From the NCBI GenBank assembly GCA_041576165.1, contig JBFGLM010000045.1:1-35830 (forward strand): a stretch of 35,830 nucleotides of DNA, read 5' to 3'. The notes beneath the pieces were generated by a model, which was not told the DNA's origin, searched no databases, and saw nothing but the letters and a program-made list of their open reading frames with translations. Position 1 is the stretch's first letter. Each line of letters begins with the position of its first letter. This DNA is from Acidimicrobiia bacterium (GTDB taxonomy: Bacteria > Actinomycetota > Acidimicrobiia > Spongiisociales > Spongiisociaceae). Shown piece after piece: positions 21,601 through 29,002 of the stretch. A program made the translations under genes and the position numbers.

Positions 21601-21820
21601 TGAGCAGATCCTGTTCCAGCGGGACGGTGATGAACTGTTCGACCTCCTCGGCCGACAAGCCGAGCGCCTCTGTCTGGACCTCGACTACGGTCGGTTTGAA
21701 CTCGGGCAACTCAGCCAGTGGAGCATTCGTCAGCTGAACGACCCCGAAGATCAGCAGCCCAAACGCGGCTGCGATGATCAATCCTCGAAACCTGACACTG
21801 CCTGCGATCAGATGTTTCAT
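18641..21820 (-). CDS. RND efflux permease, CzcA/CusA-like, subunit 1 (divergent)
   Basis: 1059 aa; LPEF.PTVVEVQTEALGLSAEEVEQFITVPLE, TM4 VLIVIDDAVVDNERV, GFAARQSILV, DRMMPMLTT, QPMAVVIIGGL. Confidence 0.93.
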   Translation of the reverse strand: MKHLIAGSVRFRGLIIAAAFGLLIFGVVQLTNAPLAELPEFKPTVVEVQTEALGLSAEEVEQFITVPLEQDLLNGVAFLQDIESVSLPGLSSVLLTFEPGTDLLDARQVVNERLTQAVGVAGLPEVAKPPQMLQPLSSTNRAAIIRLSSNELSPIDISVLARWIIGPRLLGVEGVANVSTFGLRDRQLQVVVDPAVLQENGVTLSQVIRTTGNALEVSPLTYLEASKPGTGGFIDTTNQRLQVFHEQTIKTPDELALVPLEDEEGNPLVRDGRVLTVGDITNVTEDHQPLIGDALCSDGPCQLIVVEKFPEANTQAVADGLEEALDAMRPGMAGLDMDTSIYRPADYVTTSFANYRTAMIIGGVLALLVLALFLFNWRVLVITLVVVGTSLAAAVAVLLLSGQTLNVMLMAGLVLAVLIVIDDAVVDNERVVGRVRVEDDTGEVPLTRRVVAPLFVMRSSVLYAVLIIGVSTVPVFFMDGVAGAFLPVILTSYLLAVGASLFVALTVTPALTAALLDGARPSPIAQRLQRTYDNRMTRLVAGPATALLAVIIVAVGAISIAFLRPSLDPDLQTRDILVNLDAATGTSLLKMNEMTGDLVTQLADIPGVRTVGAHVGRAIMSDQVSNVNEAEIWVNMDSTAPYDSTLAAIEGVVTGNSELGASVLTHSQERIDELLRRTEHDIVVRVYGEDPAVLDSMANEVHQRLDRIDGVTDLRIDYPPEERTIQVTTDLQAAQAVGLKPGDIRRTAAIMLNGITVGNLFDEQKVFDVVVWGEQPLREDMQNLENLLIDTERFGSVRLGTVADVEIVDAPAEIRHESVATYLDVTAAVEGRSVDAVAAEVDSAIVEVPFPIEYHAELLGGFDARQNQRWLLAALWFTAVAFIFLLLEAAVNSWRLGAVVLLEMTVALAGGLIAIWITGGEIALGSVAGLFAVFGFAARQSILVIRRYQELQYDGIPFGPDLVIRGTRDRMMPMLTTVTATIVFLLPFAVRGRSIGFEIVQPMAVVIIGGLLATTLLLLFVVPSLFLRFGTEAPRSIWDEEEYGMTADEIAAATGTEVA

Positions 21821-22522
21821 GGCATCGTCCTGCTACGTTGCGATTCGAGCATTGCTCCCTCGTTCCCTTCTAGGCTCGCGCCCATCCTCACGTCACCTCG
21901 ACCGTCTGCTCGGCGCGCCACGCTGGTCCAGCGGAGCGGCATCGGCCCATCAGAGCCCCCGAAAATTCATGGCGTTTGGGGTCATGCGGCCCAGGGCGGT
22001 GGATGCGATCGGCGTCGTGCGCGACGTCCGTTGCGGAGTCGCCTGAACTGGCGGGTGGCCAGCTTTTCCCCGTTTTCTCTCCCACCCCATATACGGAGTC
22101 CCCCGGATTCACACCGAGATCAACTCGGCGGCCCAACTTCCCCATCTGGTGGCAGACCCCGGGACCGCTACGTCCTCAATCCGGTCCCGATCGAGGGGTT
22201 CCGCCTTCCACAGCTTGTGTGGATATCCCCTTGTCCAAATCCAAACGTATCCGATATCTGACAGTCGTGGGGGAGAAATCTGAATTTTTTCTGACCGACT
22301 GCTGACATTTTCCCGATCCACTCCCGGCGCACGAACTGTCCGTAATGTTACTGTCTCCGCGGTCTTATCAATAGCCTTTTAGGAGTTCGGTCGGTAGCGC
22401 ATCGTTCGCCCACTCGAGCGAAGGAGTCAACTCGGGCCGTGTTCCCGACACAGCCCGGCCCAGGCGTCGGACGAGCGGGACCGGGGTCTTTCGCGCCGGG
22501 AGGGCCTCACGGCCCATGACAA

Positions 22523-22566
22523 CACGCAGAAGCGGGAGCGACCTGCAGCGCTCCCGCTCCTGCGTG
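22523..22566 (-). terminator. Strong hairpin downstream of the SLH gene (probable intrinsic terminator)
   Basis: cacgcagaagcgggagcg (22523-22540) pairs with cgctcccgctcctgcgtg (22549-22566): 18-bp stem with one G-U in the minus-strand RNA and an 8-nt loop, about 30 nt after the stop at 22595. Only a short TTGT follows, with no clear U-tract. Confidence 0.7.
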
Positions 22567-22594
22567 GCGGGTTGTGGCTCGATTGGCTCCGAGC

Positions 22595-24103
22595 TCAGGC
22601 GGTGCCGAGTGCCCGATGGAGGAACGCGGCCATGTGCGAGCGGATGACCGGCTTGTCCGGGCAGAATTCGGTTCCCTCGGTGTTGCAGCCACCGGTCACC
22701 CCGACCGAAGCCAGCCACTCGATGTCCGCTTCGAAGATCGAACCGTCGTCGTCCACGAAGTCGTTGACCTCCCCGGCGGCCAGGATGTCCTCGAGCGCCC
22801 GGTGGAGGAACGCGGCCATCTGGGCCCGTGTCACCTCTTCCTCGGGGCAGAAGTCGGTTCCATCCTGATTGCACCCCAAGGTGATGCCCACCGCCGCCAG
22901 CCACCGGATGTCGGCATCAAACGTTGAGCCGTCGACGACGTCGTCGAAGTCCTTCTCCGGGTACTTCTCAGCGAGCAGCTCTCCGAGCGCCCGGTGAAGG
23001 AACGCGGCCATGTGGGCTCGGGTCACCCGCTCGTCGGGGCAGAACTCGGTTCCGTCGCCGTTGCAGCCCAGCGTGATGCGCTGCTTTGCCAGCCAGACGA
23101 TGTCGACGTGATACTGAGACTCGAGTACATCACGAAAGCGGACGTCGCCAATCACCATCGCGTCCAGCGGCATCTCCACACCGGACGGCACGCCGACCAC
23201 GTCCGCTGAGGCGAGTTCGGCTCCGTCGACGTACCACACCGTCCCGAGGTCCTCATGACCCTCACACGCCCATGCTTTCACGCGGTACTCACCAGGGTTG
23301 ACGACCATCTCCCAGCCGCCCTCCGGGCCGGTCAGCACCGTCTTCACTTTCGTTTCACCCTCGTAGAGCGACACGCAGTAGCCGTGGACTCCGTCGCCGG
23401 TTGCGCCATCGATGACCTCACCCCACACGACACTCTCCGCTTCGGGGTTGGGCGTGAGTGCGCCGTCGACGCCATCGGCATACGTCCCGGCGGTGACGGT
23501 CACTACGGTCGATCCGTCCCAGCCTTCAGCTCCATCGAACCACTGCTCGAAGTACTCGGTGCCGGTGCAGGGCTTGAAACGCACCCGGTACTCGCCCGCA
23601 GGTGCTACCAGCTGATAGACGCCGTCGGCATTGGTGTAGTCGTGCGTGACCAATATGTCGTCGGTCGCCTGGTACAGCTTGACGCAGAGCTCGACGAGCG
23701 GTGACCCGGTAGCCGAGTCGGTGACCGTCCCGATGATGCCTCCCATCTGATAGGCCAGTGACAGCGTGGCATCCACCTGGGTGGCGACCCCGGCGGTGAC
23801 GTTGCCTACTGCGTCGGTAGCGTCGTAACGGCTCAGCTCGCAGTCAGTGAACTCGAGGTCATAGCTTCCAGGCGCCATGCCGCTGATCTCGTATACCCCA
23901 TTGTCGTTCGTGTAGCCGTGATGGTGGGTTTCGACTCCGTCTTGTGTCACCCAAACGCAGATGTCGCCGACACCATGACCGGTATTGGCGTCGGTGACGG
24001 TGCCCCAAAGGGCGCCGGTGTAGTCCACCTCTACGGCTCCAACGGAGGCCGGCATGATGAGCGCGCCGACCAAGAGGACGAGCGCGAGAACGATGTTGCG
24101 CAT
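22595..24103 (-). CDS. Secreted surface protein: 3 carboxypeptidase-regulatory-like beta-sandwich repeats + 3 C-terminal SLH domains
   Basis: Signal peptide MRNIVLALVLLVGALIMPASVGA; three G.V.D..TG..(C)V...T...G.(Y/W) repeats; three F.D.....I.WLA...(I/V)T.GC....FCP....(T/I)R..MAAFLHRAL SLH repeats (about 22598-23140). Confidence 0.88.
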   Translation of the reverse strand: MRNIVLALVLLVGALIMPASVGAVEVDYTGALWGTVTDANTGHGVGDICVWVTQDGVETHHHGYTNDNGVYEISGMAPGSYDLEFTDCELSRYDATDAVGNVTAGVATQVDATLSLAYQMGGIIGTVTDSATGSPLVELCVKLYQATDDILVTHDYTNADGVYQLVAPAGEYRVRFKPCTGTEYFEQWFDGAEGWDGSTVVTVTAGTYADGVDGALTPNPEAESVVWGEVIDGATGDGVHGYCVSLYEGETKVKTVLTGPEGGWEMVVNPGEYRVKAWACEGHEDLGTVWYVDGAELASADVVGVPSGVEMPLDAMVIGDVRFRDVLESQYHVDIVWLAKQRITLGCNGDGTEFCPDERVTRAHMAAFLHRALGELLAEKYPEKDFDDVVDGSTFDADIRWLAAVGITLGCNQDGTDFCPEEEVTRAQMAAFLHRALEDILAAGEVNDFVDDDGSIFEADIEWLASVGVTGGCNTEGTEFCPDKPVIRSHMAAFLHRALGTA

Positions 24104-24241
24104 GTGATGCGTACCTTTCTTTCCCTGGCCAGCGCAGCATCGGCACTAAGAGTGAAAATCTTGAATTGACTAGCCACTCTTGGTGGTCTTCGTCCCGGTA
24201 GCAAGTGTGGCGGTCCCTGGCGGTACCTCTAGCCTGTCGGT

Positions 24242-24652
24242 ATGCCGCACTCGATCCTGGCGCACACCGCCGATACCGGGGTTGAAGCGTGGGCGGCGAG
24301 CTTATCGGAGCTCGTCGCAGAGCTGGCCACCGGCATGTTTGAGTTGATGGCTGATGTCGAGCCGGGCGGCCTCGAGCGCCGGACGACGATTGGCGTGCGC
24401 GCAGCCTCGACCGAAGAGTTGGTGGTCGACGCCCTAGCCGAGCTTCTGTACGTGTCAGAGGTCGAGGAACTGATGCTCTGTTCCTTCGAGGTGACGCAGC
24501 CGGGTCAGGGAGAGCTGGCGATCACCGCAGGAGGGGTGGACGCGCACCGGGTGGTCCTCCGGGGCCCTCCCATCAAGGCCGTCACCTACCATGACCTGAC
24601 CGTCACCCAAGAACCGGATGGTTGGTATGGACGGGTGTACTTCGATGTCTGA
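24242..24652 (+). CDS. Archease (RtcB activator)
   Basis: N-terminal HTAD and C-terminal IKAVTYH.L......GRVYFDV; 136 aa; directly upstream of rtcB. Confidence 0.93.
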   Translation: MPHSILAHTADTGVEAWAASLSELVAELATGMFELMADVEPGGLERRTTIGVRAASTEELVVDALAELLYVSEVEELMLCSFEVTQPGQGELAITAGGVDAHRVVLRGPPIKAVTYHDLTVTQEPDGWYGRVYFDV

Positions 24653-24727
24653 TCGCTGCCACGCGGCGCGGCGCGGCCTAAGGGCTGGAAGGGGCCGGCC
24701 CGACCGGGCCCAGACTGGTGCTGGGCG

Positions 24728-26179
24728 ATGACGCGTTCGCAGCGGACCGACGGCCGGGCGGAGGCGAAGCAGGTTTCTGATGTTGTGTGGGAGATCCCGG
24801 CCCAGGGTGGCATGCGCGTCCCAGGACGGATCTTTGCCACGCCCCAACTCATGGAGGTCGTAACCCGGGATCGTGCAGCCGACCAAGTGGCCAACGTGGC
24901 ACATCTGCCCGGAATCGTCACGGCATCCTTTGCAATGCCCGACATTCACTGGGGTTACGGGTTCCCGATAGGCGGGGTCGCCGCAACCCGGGTTGATGAC
25001 GGGGTCGTGTCGCCCGGCGGAGTGGGCTTCGACATCTGCTGCGGCGTGCGGCTGCTGGCGTCCGCTTTCACGCGCCCCGACTTCGAGGCGCGGCGGGACG
25101 CCGTGATGTCGGAGCTCGACCGGCGTATACCTCGAGGCCTGGGCAGAGGCTCTATCGCCGACGCCGATCTCGTGAGCCAGGTCCTGGAGCGGGGGGCCGG
25201 CGCCGTGCTGGCCGCCGGCTACGGTTGGCCGAGCGATCTCGAACGCTGCGAGGAAGGTGGCAGGTCGGCGGGAGCCGAAGCTTCTGCCATCAGCGAACGT
25301 GCGCTCACCCGGGGCAAGGGCCAGCTGGGGTCGCTGGGGGCGGGCAACCACTTCCTGGAGGTTCAAGAGGTGGAGGAAGTCTTGGACCCCGTGGCCGCCG
25401 CGGCGTTTGGAATCGAGCAGGGGATGGTGGTGGTCATGATCCACTGCGGCTCGCGGGGCCTGGGACACCAGACCTGTACTGATCAACTGCGGTTGATGGG
25501 TCCGGCGATGGCCCGCCACGGCATCGAGGTACCCGACCGCCAGCTCGCGTGTGTGCCGGTCTCATCACCCGAAGGCGCGGAGTATCTGGCCGCCATGGCG
25601 GCCTCCGCCAACTTCGCGTGGGCCAACCGCCACGTGCTCGCCCACGAGGCCCGAGTCGGGTTCGCAGCGGCGTTCGGTATCGGTGTGGATGCCACCGGGA
25701 TGGAACTGGTCTTCGACGTAGCGCACAATCTGGCAAAGATCGAAACACACCAAGTCGACGGCAGGGAGACGGAGGTCTGCGTGCACCGCAAGGGTGCCAC
25801 TCGAGCCTTCGGTCCCGGGCATCCCGATCTTCCCGACTCACTCAGAGAAGTCGGCCAGCCGGTGCTCGTGCCCGGCAGCATGGGGACGGCGTCCTGGGTA
25901 CTTCGGGGCACGGTGGGAAATCCGGCCTTCGGGTCGGCTGCGCATGGAGCGGGACGGGTCATGAGCCGCAAGCGCGCCAAGGGCGAAGCCTCGGGCGGCC
26001 AGGTCAGAAGCGACCTCGAGGCCGAAGGCATCGCAGTCCGCGCCGGCTCGATCAAGCTCCTGTCGGAGGAAGCCCCGTACGCGTACAAGGACGTCGACGC
26101 AGTGGCCGACGTGTGTGCGCGCGCCGATTTGGCGGCGAGAGTCGCCCGGCTTGTCCCGCTCGGGGTTGTCAAAGGCTGA
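24728..26179 (+). CDS. rtcB: RtcB RNA 3'-phosphate/5'-OH ligase (archaeal/eukaryotic-like clade)
   Basis: Motifs [75 protein letters not shown], and terminal KG. Confidence 0.96.
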   Translation: MTRSQRTDGRAEAKQVSDVVWEIPAQGGMRVPGRIFATPQLMEVVTRDRAADQVANVAHLPGIVTASFAMPDIHWGYGFPIGGVAATRVDDGVVSPGGVGFDICCGVRLLASAFTRPDFEARRDAVMSELDRRIPRGLGRGSIADADLVSQVLERGAGAVLAAGYGWPSDLERCEEGGRSAGAEASAISERALTRGKGQLGSLGAGNHFLEVQEVEEVLDPVAAAAFGIEQGMVVVMIHCGSRGLGHQTCTDQLRLMGPAMARHGIEVPDRQLACVPVSSPEGAEYLAAMAASANFAWANRHVLAHEARVGFAAAFGIGVDATGMELVFDVAHNLAKIETHQVDGRETEVCVHRKGATRAFGPGHPDLPDSLREVGQPVLVPGSMGTASWVLRGTVGNPAFGSAAHGAGRVMSRKRAKGEASGGQVRSDLEAEGIAVRAGSIKLLSEEAPYAYKDVDAVADVCARADLAARVARLVPLGVVKG

Positions 26180-26200
26180 ACGGCCGGCAGGCTTCGGGAA

Positions 26201-26677
26201 TCAGTCCGGGCGTAGGGCGTCGGCTTCGATCACCTTGGCGAGTCCCGACCTCATCGCCTCGAGCTCCGAAACCGTCAACGGCTCGATGAAATGGCGGGCG
26301 ATCCCGTCGAGGTAGACCGGCGCAGCCCGGCGCAACGCGATTCGGCCTGGTTCGGTCACCACTGCCAGTGTGGCGCGACCGTCCGTGGGGTCGGGTGCCT
26401 TGGTCACCAGCCCCGCTACCACCATCTCGTCGACGATCCGGCTGACGCGGCTACGGCTCAGCACGACCCTTTCGCCCAGTTCCTGCATGCGGAGCTTCCC
26501 TGCGTCGCTGCGGGCGAGTTCGAGCAACACGTCGTACCACGGCAGCGGGAGGCCGGTTCGGGCCTCGACCTCATGGGCAAGCCGGGGAACGACTGCGGCA
26601 TGGGCGCGCAGGAGCAGCTCCCACACCAGCACTTGATCCTGGTCGGGTTCGGCTTTCGACGGGTCCATGCCGGTCAC
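26201..26677 (-). CDS. MarR family transcriptional regulator
   Basis: WYDVLLEL......LRMQELGERVVLSRSRVSRIVDEMV..GLV.K..DPTDGR. Start is GTG 26677 or ATG 26668. Confidence 0.92.
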   Translation of the reverse strand: MTGMDPSKAEPDQDQVLVWELLLRAHAAVVPRLAHEVEARTGLPLPWYDVLLELARSDAGKLRMQELGERVVLSRSRVSRIVDEMVVAGLVTKAPDPTDGRATLAVVTEPGRIALRRAAPVYLDGIARHFIEPLTVSELEAMRSGLAKVIEADALRPD

Positions 26678-26689
26678 CTTAGCGGAATA

Positions 26690-26724
26690 ATGTGCGTTCG
26701 CACATAGTTATGTGTCTCAGCACA
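26690..26724. promoter_or_regulatory. Putative MarR operators: palindrome ATGTGCG-TT-CGCACAT and a second TGTG-N6-CACA site 20 bp away
   Basis: 26690-26705 has perfect 7-bp arms; 26711-26724 reads TGTGtctcagCACA. Both lie in the divergent marR/yceI spacer. Confidence 0.62.
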
Positions 26725-26760
26725 GAAAGGGCCGTCGAAGTGTCGAGAAAGGAGCCGACA

Positions 26761-26910
26761 ATGTTCCCGGAGATGGAAGCCCTGCTGTTGCGGCATCAGT
26801 TCGTGCGTGACGGTGCGCGCCGACGACCGGGGCATTCGCCGATTCCGGCCGGGCCGATCGTCGCGAGAACTGCGTCGTCTGCCGGCGCCGTCGGTATGAC
26901 GCCCGTCTGA
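26761..26910 (+). CDS. Putative 49-aa small protein upstream of the YceI gene
   Basis: ATG 26761 is preceded by GAAAGGAG at 6-nt spacing; MFPEMEALLLRHQFVRDGARRR...; stops 26 nt before yceI. No family recognised. Confidence 0.45.
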   Translation: MFPEMEALLLRHQFVRDGARRRPGHSPIPAGPIVARTASSAGAVGMTPV

Positions 26911-26936
26911 TCAACCAGCAGGAAAGGAGACGACCC

Positions 26937-27506
26937 ATGACCACATCCGCCACCCGCACCATCGACGGTGTCGAGCTGCCATCGCCGGGGATTTGGAGAC
27001 TCGATCCGGGGCACGCCGAGATCGGTTTCATCGGACGCCATTTCATGCTCACCAAGGTCCGGGGCCGCTTCGTCGGGATCGACGCCACCATCACGGTGGG
27101 CGATCGGCCCGAGGACAGCACCATCGAGGCCAAGATCGACATGAGTTCGGTGGCCAGTGGGGACGAGGCCCGGGATGACCATCTGCGGTCGGCCGACTTC
27201 TTCGATGTCGAAAACTGGCCGACTGCGACCTTTCGCTCGACGTCGGTGACATGGCACGGGACGAGAGGGGTAATGACGGGTGACCTGACGATCAAGGATG
27301 TGACGCGGCCGGTGACGCTCGATCTCGAGTACCTGGGACACGCTCTCGATCCGTGGGGCAATGACCGCGCGGTCTTTGACGCGGCGGGCAAGATCAATCG
27401 TGAGGACTGGGGCCTCACCTGGAACCTGGTGCTGGACACCGGGGGTGTGGTGGTGTCCAAAGAAATCAGCCTGGAACTTCACGTTGAACTCATCCGGGAA
27501 GTGTGA
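26937..27506 (+). CDS. YceI family polyisoprenoid-binding protein
   Basis: W.LDPGH.EIGF..RH.M.TKVRGRF, RDDHLRSADFFDVE..P...FRST, GDLTIKDVTRPV, INREDWGLTWN; RBS GAAAGGAG. Confidence 0.93.
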   Translation: MTTSATRTIDGVELPSPGIWRLDPGHAEIGFIGRHFMLTKVRGRFVGIDATITVGDRPEDSTIEAKIDMSSVASGDEARDDHLRSADFFDVENWPTATFRSTSVTWHGTRGVMTGDLTIKDVTRPVTLDLEYLGHALDPWGNDRAVFDAAGKINREDWGLTWNLVLDTGGVVVSKEISLELHVELIREV

Positions 27507-27553
27507 CCCGCCGACCCGTCTCGATCCATCCGGCGTCCGGCCCGGCCACTGCT

Positions 27554-27577
27554 GGCCGGACAGGACGCCGTCCGGCC
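27554..27577. terminator. GC-rich hairpin between the convergent YceI and GT4 genes
   Basis: ggccggac-N8-gtccggcc, perfect 8-bp stem, no U-tract. Confidence 0.35.
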
Positions 27578-27593
27578 GTGCACAGCCGCAGCC

Positions 27594-28688
27594 CTACACG
27601 GCCGGTCTGATCGTGGAAGAACGATGGGTCTGACGGCGCCGGCGACTTTGCGTAAGAACACGCCGGTAGATCGGCATGTACTGATCCACCATCGCGGCCG
27701 CCGAAAAGCGAGCCGCCTCGGCCCGGCACGCCGTCGCATCCAGCTGCTCGATCTGGCGCGTGGCCTGGATCATCCCATCGAGATCGCGACACATGAAACC
27801 GGACACCCCGTGGCGGATCACCTCCGGGACCGAGCCGTTCTTCAGCGCGATGACCGGGGTTCCGGCAGCGATCGCCTCGATCATGACGAGGCCGAATGGC
27901 TCAGGCCAGTCGATCGGGAACAGGAGTCCGGACGCCTCCGCGTAGAAGCGCGGTTTGTCGACCTCGCCGATTTCACCGAGAAACTCGACGTCATGCGCTT
28001 CGAACAGCGGTTCAATTTCCGTCTTCCAGTACTCGGCGTCGAGGGGATCGATCTTGGCTGCGACCTTCAACGGCATCCCCACCGCGCTCGCTACCTGTAC
28101 CGCCCAGTCCGGCCTTTTCTCTCGGGTGATTCTGCCGACGAACGCGAGGTAGCCCCGGTCGGAACGCGGTTGCCGGAGGTAGGCGTCGAGCTCTAATCCG
28201 TTGTATGCGGTCCCGACCCAGTTGAGGTCTAGATCCGCCACCGGCCGCCGCTGTGACGCGCTGATCGAGACCAGGGGCGTATGCCGATAGAGGGGCAGAA
28301 CGTGGCGAACGACGTCGAGGTCAAGACGGCCGTGGAGCGTCACAACCGTGGGCGTTGGCGCCCGGTCCACGAATGGGAGCGTCCACAGATCTGTGTGCGC
28401 GTGGATGATGTCGAACTCGCCGGCGCGATCGTACACTTCGCCCAGCATCCGCAGGTGCAGATGCGGAGCGATCTCGATCAGCTCGGCTCGCGACATGTGG
28501 AGTCGGAGGGGCTGGGGTGTGAACGACCTCAGCTTCGCCGCGGTCTGCGACTCCCCGGCGCCAAACAAAGTGACCTCGTGGCCCCGCCGGACGAGCTCGT
28601 TGCACAACCCGGCGATGACTCGTTCCGTGCCGCCATATGCCTGAGGCGGCACGGATTCATACAAAGGTGCGACTTGTGCAATACGCAT
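27594..28688 (-). CDS. Glycosyltransferase family 4 (GT-B)
   Basis: MRIAQVAPLYESVPPQAYGGTERV, TLHGRLD, FVGRITREK, PIDWPEPFGLVMIEA.A.GTPVIA...GSVPEV. Confidence 0.93.
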   Translation of the reverse strand: MRIAQVAPLYESVPPQAYGGTERVIAGLCNELVRRGHEVTLFGAGESQTAAKLRSFTPQPLRLHMSRAELIEIAPHLHLRMLGEVYDRAGEFDIIHAHTDLWTLPFVDRAPTPTVVTLHGRLDLDVVRHVLPLYRHTPLVSISASQRRPVADLDLNWVGTAYNGLELDAYLRQPRSDRGYLAFVGRITREKRPDWAVQVASAVGMPLKVAAKIDPLDAEYWKTEIEPLFEAHDVEFLGEIGEVDKPRFYAEASGLLFPIDWPEPFGLVMIEAIAAGTPVIALKNGSVPEVIRHGVSGFMCRDLDGMIQATRQIEQLDATACRAEAARFSAAAMVDQYMPIYRRVLTQSRRRRQTHRSSTIRPAV

Positions 28689-28704
28689 GTGCAACCTCTA
28701 GCTA

Positions 28705-28911
28705 TCAGGAATCGGTTGTCTCGAGGGAAGGGGAGCGGTCCGCGTTCGCGGCCGCCGGGATCGGCGGGCCCAGGTCGTCACGGACGACGAGGTGCCGGCC
28801 ACACACTTCATAGAAGACGTGGCAGGAGAGGCATCGGTGGATGCTCCCCAGTTCTGGTACCAGGCGTGCCGCGCACGCCGGACAGTCGAGGTCGAAGATC
28901 GACCCAGGCAT
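28705..28911 (-). CDS. Small Zn-ribbon protein (68 aa, CxxC...CxxC)
   Basis: ATG 28911 follows GAAAGGAGGT; MPGSIFDLDCPACAARLVPELGSIHRCLSCHVFYEVCG...; ends 16 nt before the GT4 start. Confidence 0.65.
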   Translation of the reverse strand: MPGSIFDLDCPACAARLVPELGSIHRCLSCHVFYEVCGRHLVVRDDLGPPIPAAANADRSPSLETTDS

Positions 28912-29002
28912 CGGACCTCCTTTCAAGACGGAGGCATACCCAGTTATCGGCACTTTTATACCTGCCCTGCCGGAAAATCAAGACTGCTGCCACACTGGTG
29001 CC

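Noticed and set aside
21888-22145. 85-aa ORF and other short ORFs in the long intergenic region
   Set aside because: No clear RBS, motif or coding-like composition.
22040-22200. Fragments resembling c-di-AMP (ydaO) or cobalamin riboswitch motifs on the minus strand (GGTGTGAATCC, GGGGGAC, GCCAC..GGGAAG)
   Set aside because: The elements are in the wrong order and key conserved segments are missing. Cannot be called without a covariance-model search.
22204-22239. DnaA-box-like 9-mers (CCTTCCACA, reverse ATATCCACA, TTGTCCAAA) suggesting oriC
   Set aside because: All carry mismatches, there are only three, and no dnaA, dnaN or parAB is nearby. Kept only as a possible operator.
22345-22371. Possible sigma70 promoter on the minus strand (TTGATA...TAACAT)
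   Set aside because: The spacer is only 15 nt and the site is more than 500 bp from the RND start; not supportable.
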